Below, piece after piece: positions 62,923-62,965 of a DNA stretch of 62,965 bases (positions within the stretch are counted from its first letter, which is position 1; every line of letters starts with the position of its first letter). The notes beneath the pieces were generated by a model. That model saw only the letters and a list, made by a program, of their open reading frames with translations. It was not told the origin of the DNA and made no database searches. Both the position numbers and the translations under genes were made by a program. Source of the stretch: an uncultured bacterium (GTDB lineage: Bacteria; Omnitrophota; Omnitrophia; Omnitrophales; Aquincolibacteriaceae); NCBI GenBank assembly GCA_964385615.1, contig CAYLPP010000001.1:38220-101184 (forward strand). Reading direction: 5' to 3'.

Positions 62923-62965
62923 TGGTCGGGGCGGCAGGATTTGAACCTGCGACCGCACGCACCCC
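62923..62965 (-). tRNA. tRNA 3' portion (truncated by the window edge), probably tRNA-Pro, CCA-encoded
   Basis: The reverse complement is GGGGTGCGTGCGGTCGCAGGTTCAAATCCTGCCGCCCCGACCA. It shows a T-arm GCAGG-TTCAAAT-CCTGC, acceptor CGCCCCG, discriminator A and CCA. A GGGG at the anticodon-loop position fits Pro(NGG). Confidence 0.75.

Noticed and set aside
1-62965. CRISPR arrays, rRNA genes, intact IS elements/transposases, integrases and prophage structural genes.
   Set aside because: I saw no regularly spaced direct repeats, no rRNA-like conserved stretches, no ORF with DDE/tyrosine/serine recombinase motifs and no phage morphogenesis genes anywhere in the window.

Overview
A 63-kb chromosomal window from a diderm (Gram-negative-type) bacterium that I cannot place taxonomically. 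It is densely coded and about 85% of genes are on the minus strand. Housekeeping and envelope content includes rnd, pepN, gnd-zwf-pgl, cydAB, msrA, an acyl-CoA desaturase, a csp gene, an OYE reductase, a BASS transporter and a YidE-type transporter. There is also a TonB-dependent receptor/PiuC/PiuB/ExbB/ExbD/TonB iron-uptake cluster and a partial tRNA (probably Pro) at the right edge. Two regions stand out. (1) A visibly AT-rich accessory island at about 12.2-19.9 kb. It carries a C-protein/C-box-controlled HNH nuclease and a translationally coupled pair of uncharacterised nuclease-like genes (492 aa plus a 202-aa PD-(D/E)xK protein). It also carries two permuted amino-methyltransferases and a higBA-like toxin-antitoxin cassette bracketed by a 122-bp direct repeat that duplicates the 3' end of the neighbouring host gene. 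(2) An 8.3-kb ORF (2,777 aa) whose core aligns by eye to all of GlmS (class-II amidotransferase plus two SIS-like halves), expanded about two-fold and interrupted by transmembrane helices. A recurring RSE[LA]R pentapeptide sits at its domain junctions, and one copy ends immediately before the would-be N-terminal catalytic Cys. A GAF-ANTAR regulator and a terminator/antiterminator-like leader lie directly upstream. All calls come from reading the ORF translations and the DNA by eye. No searches or statistics were run.
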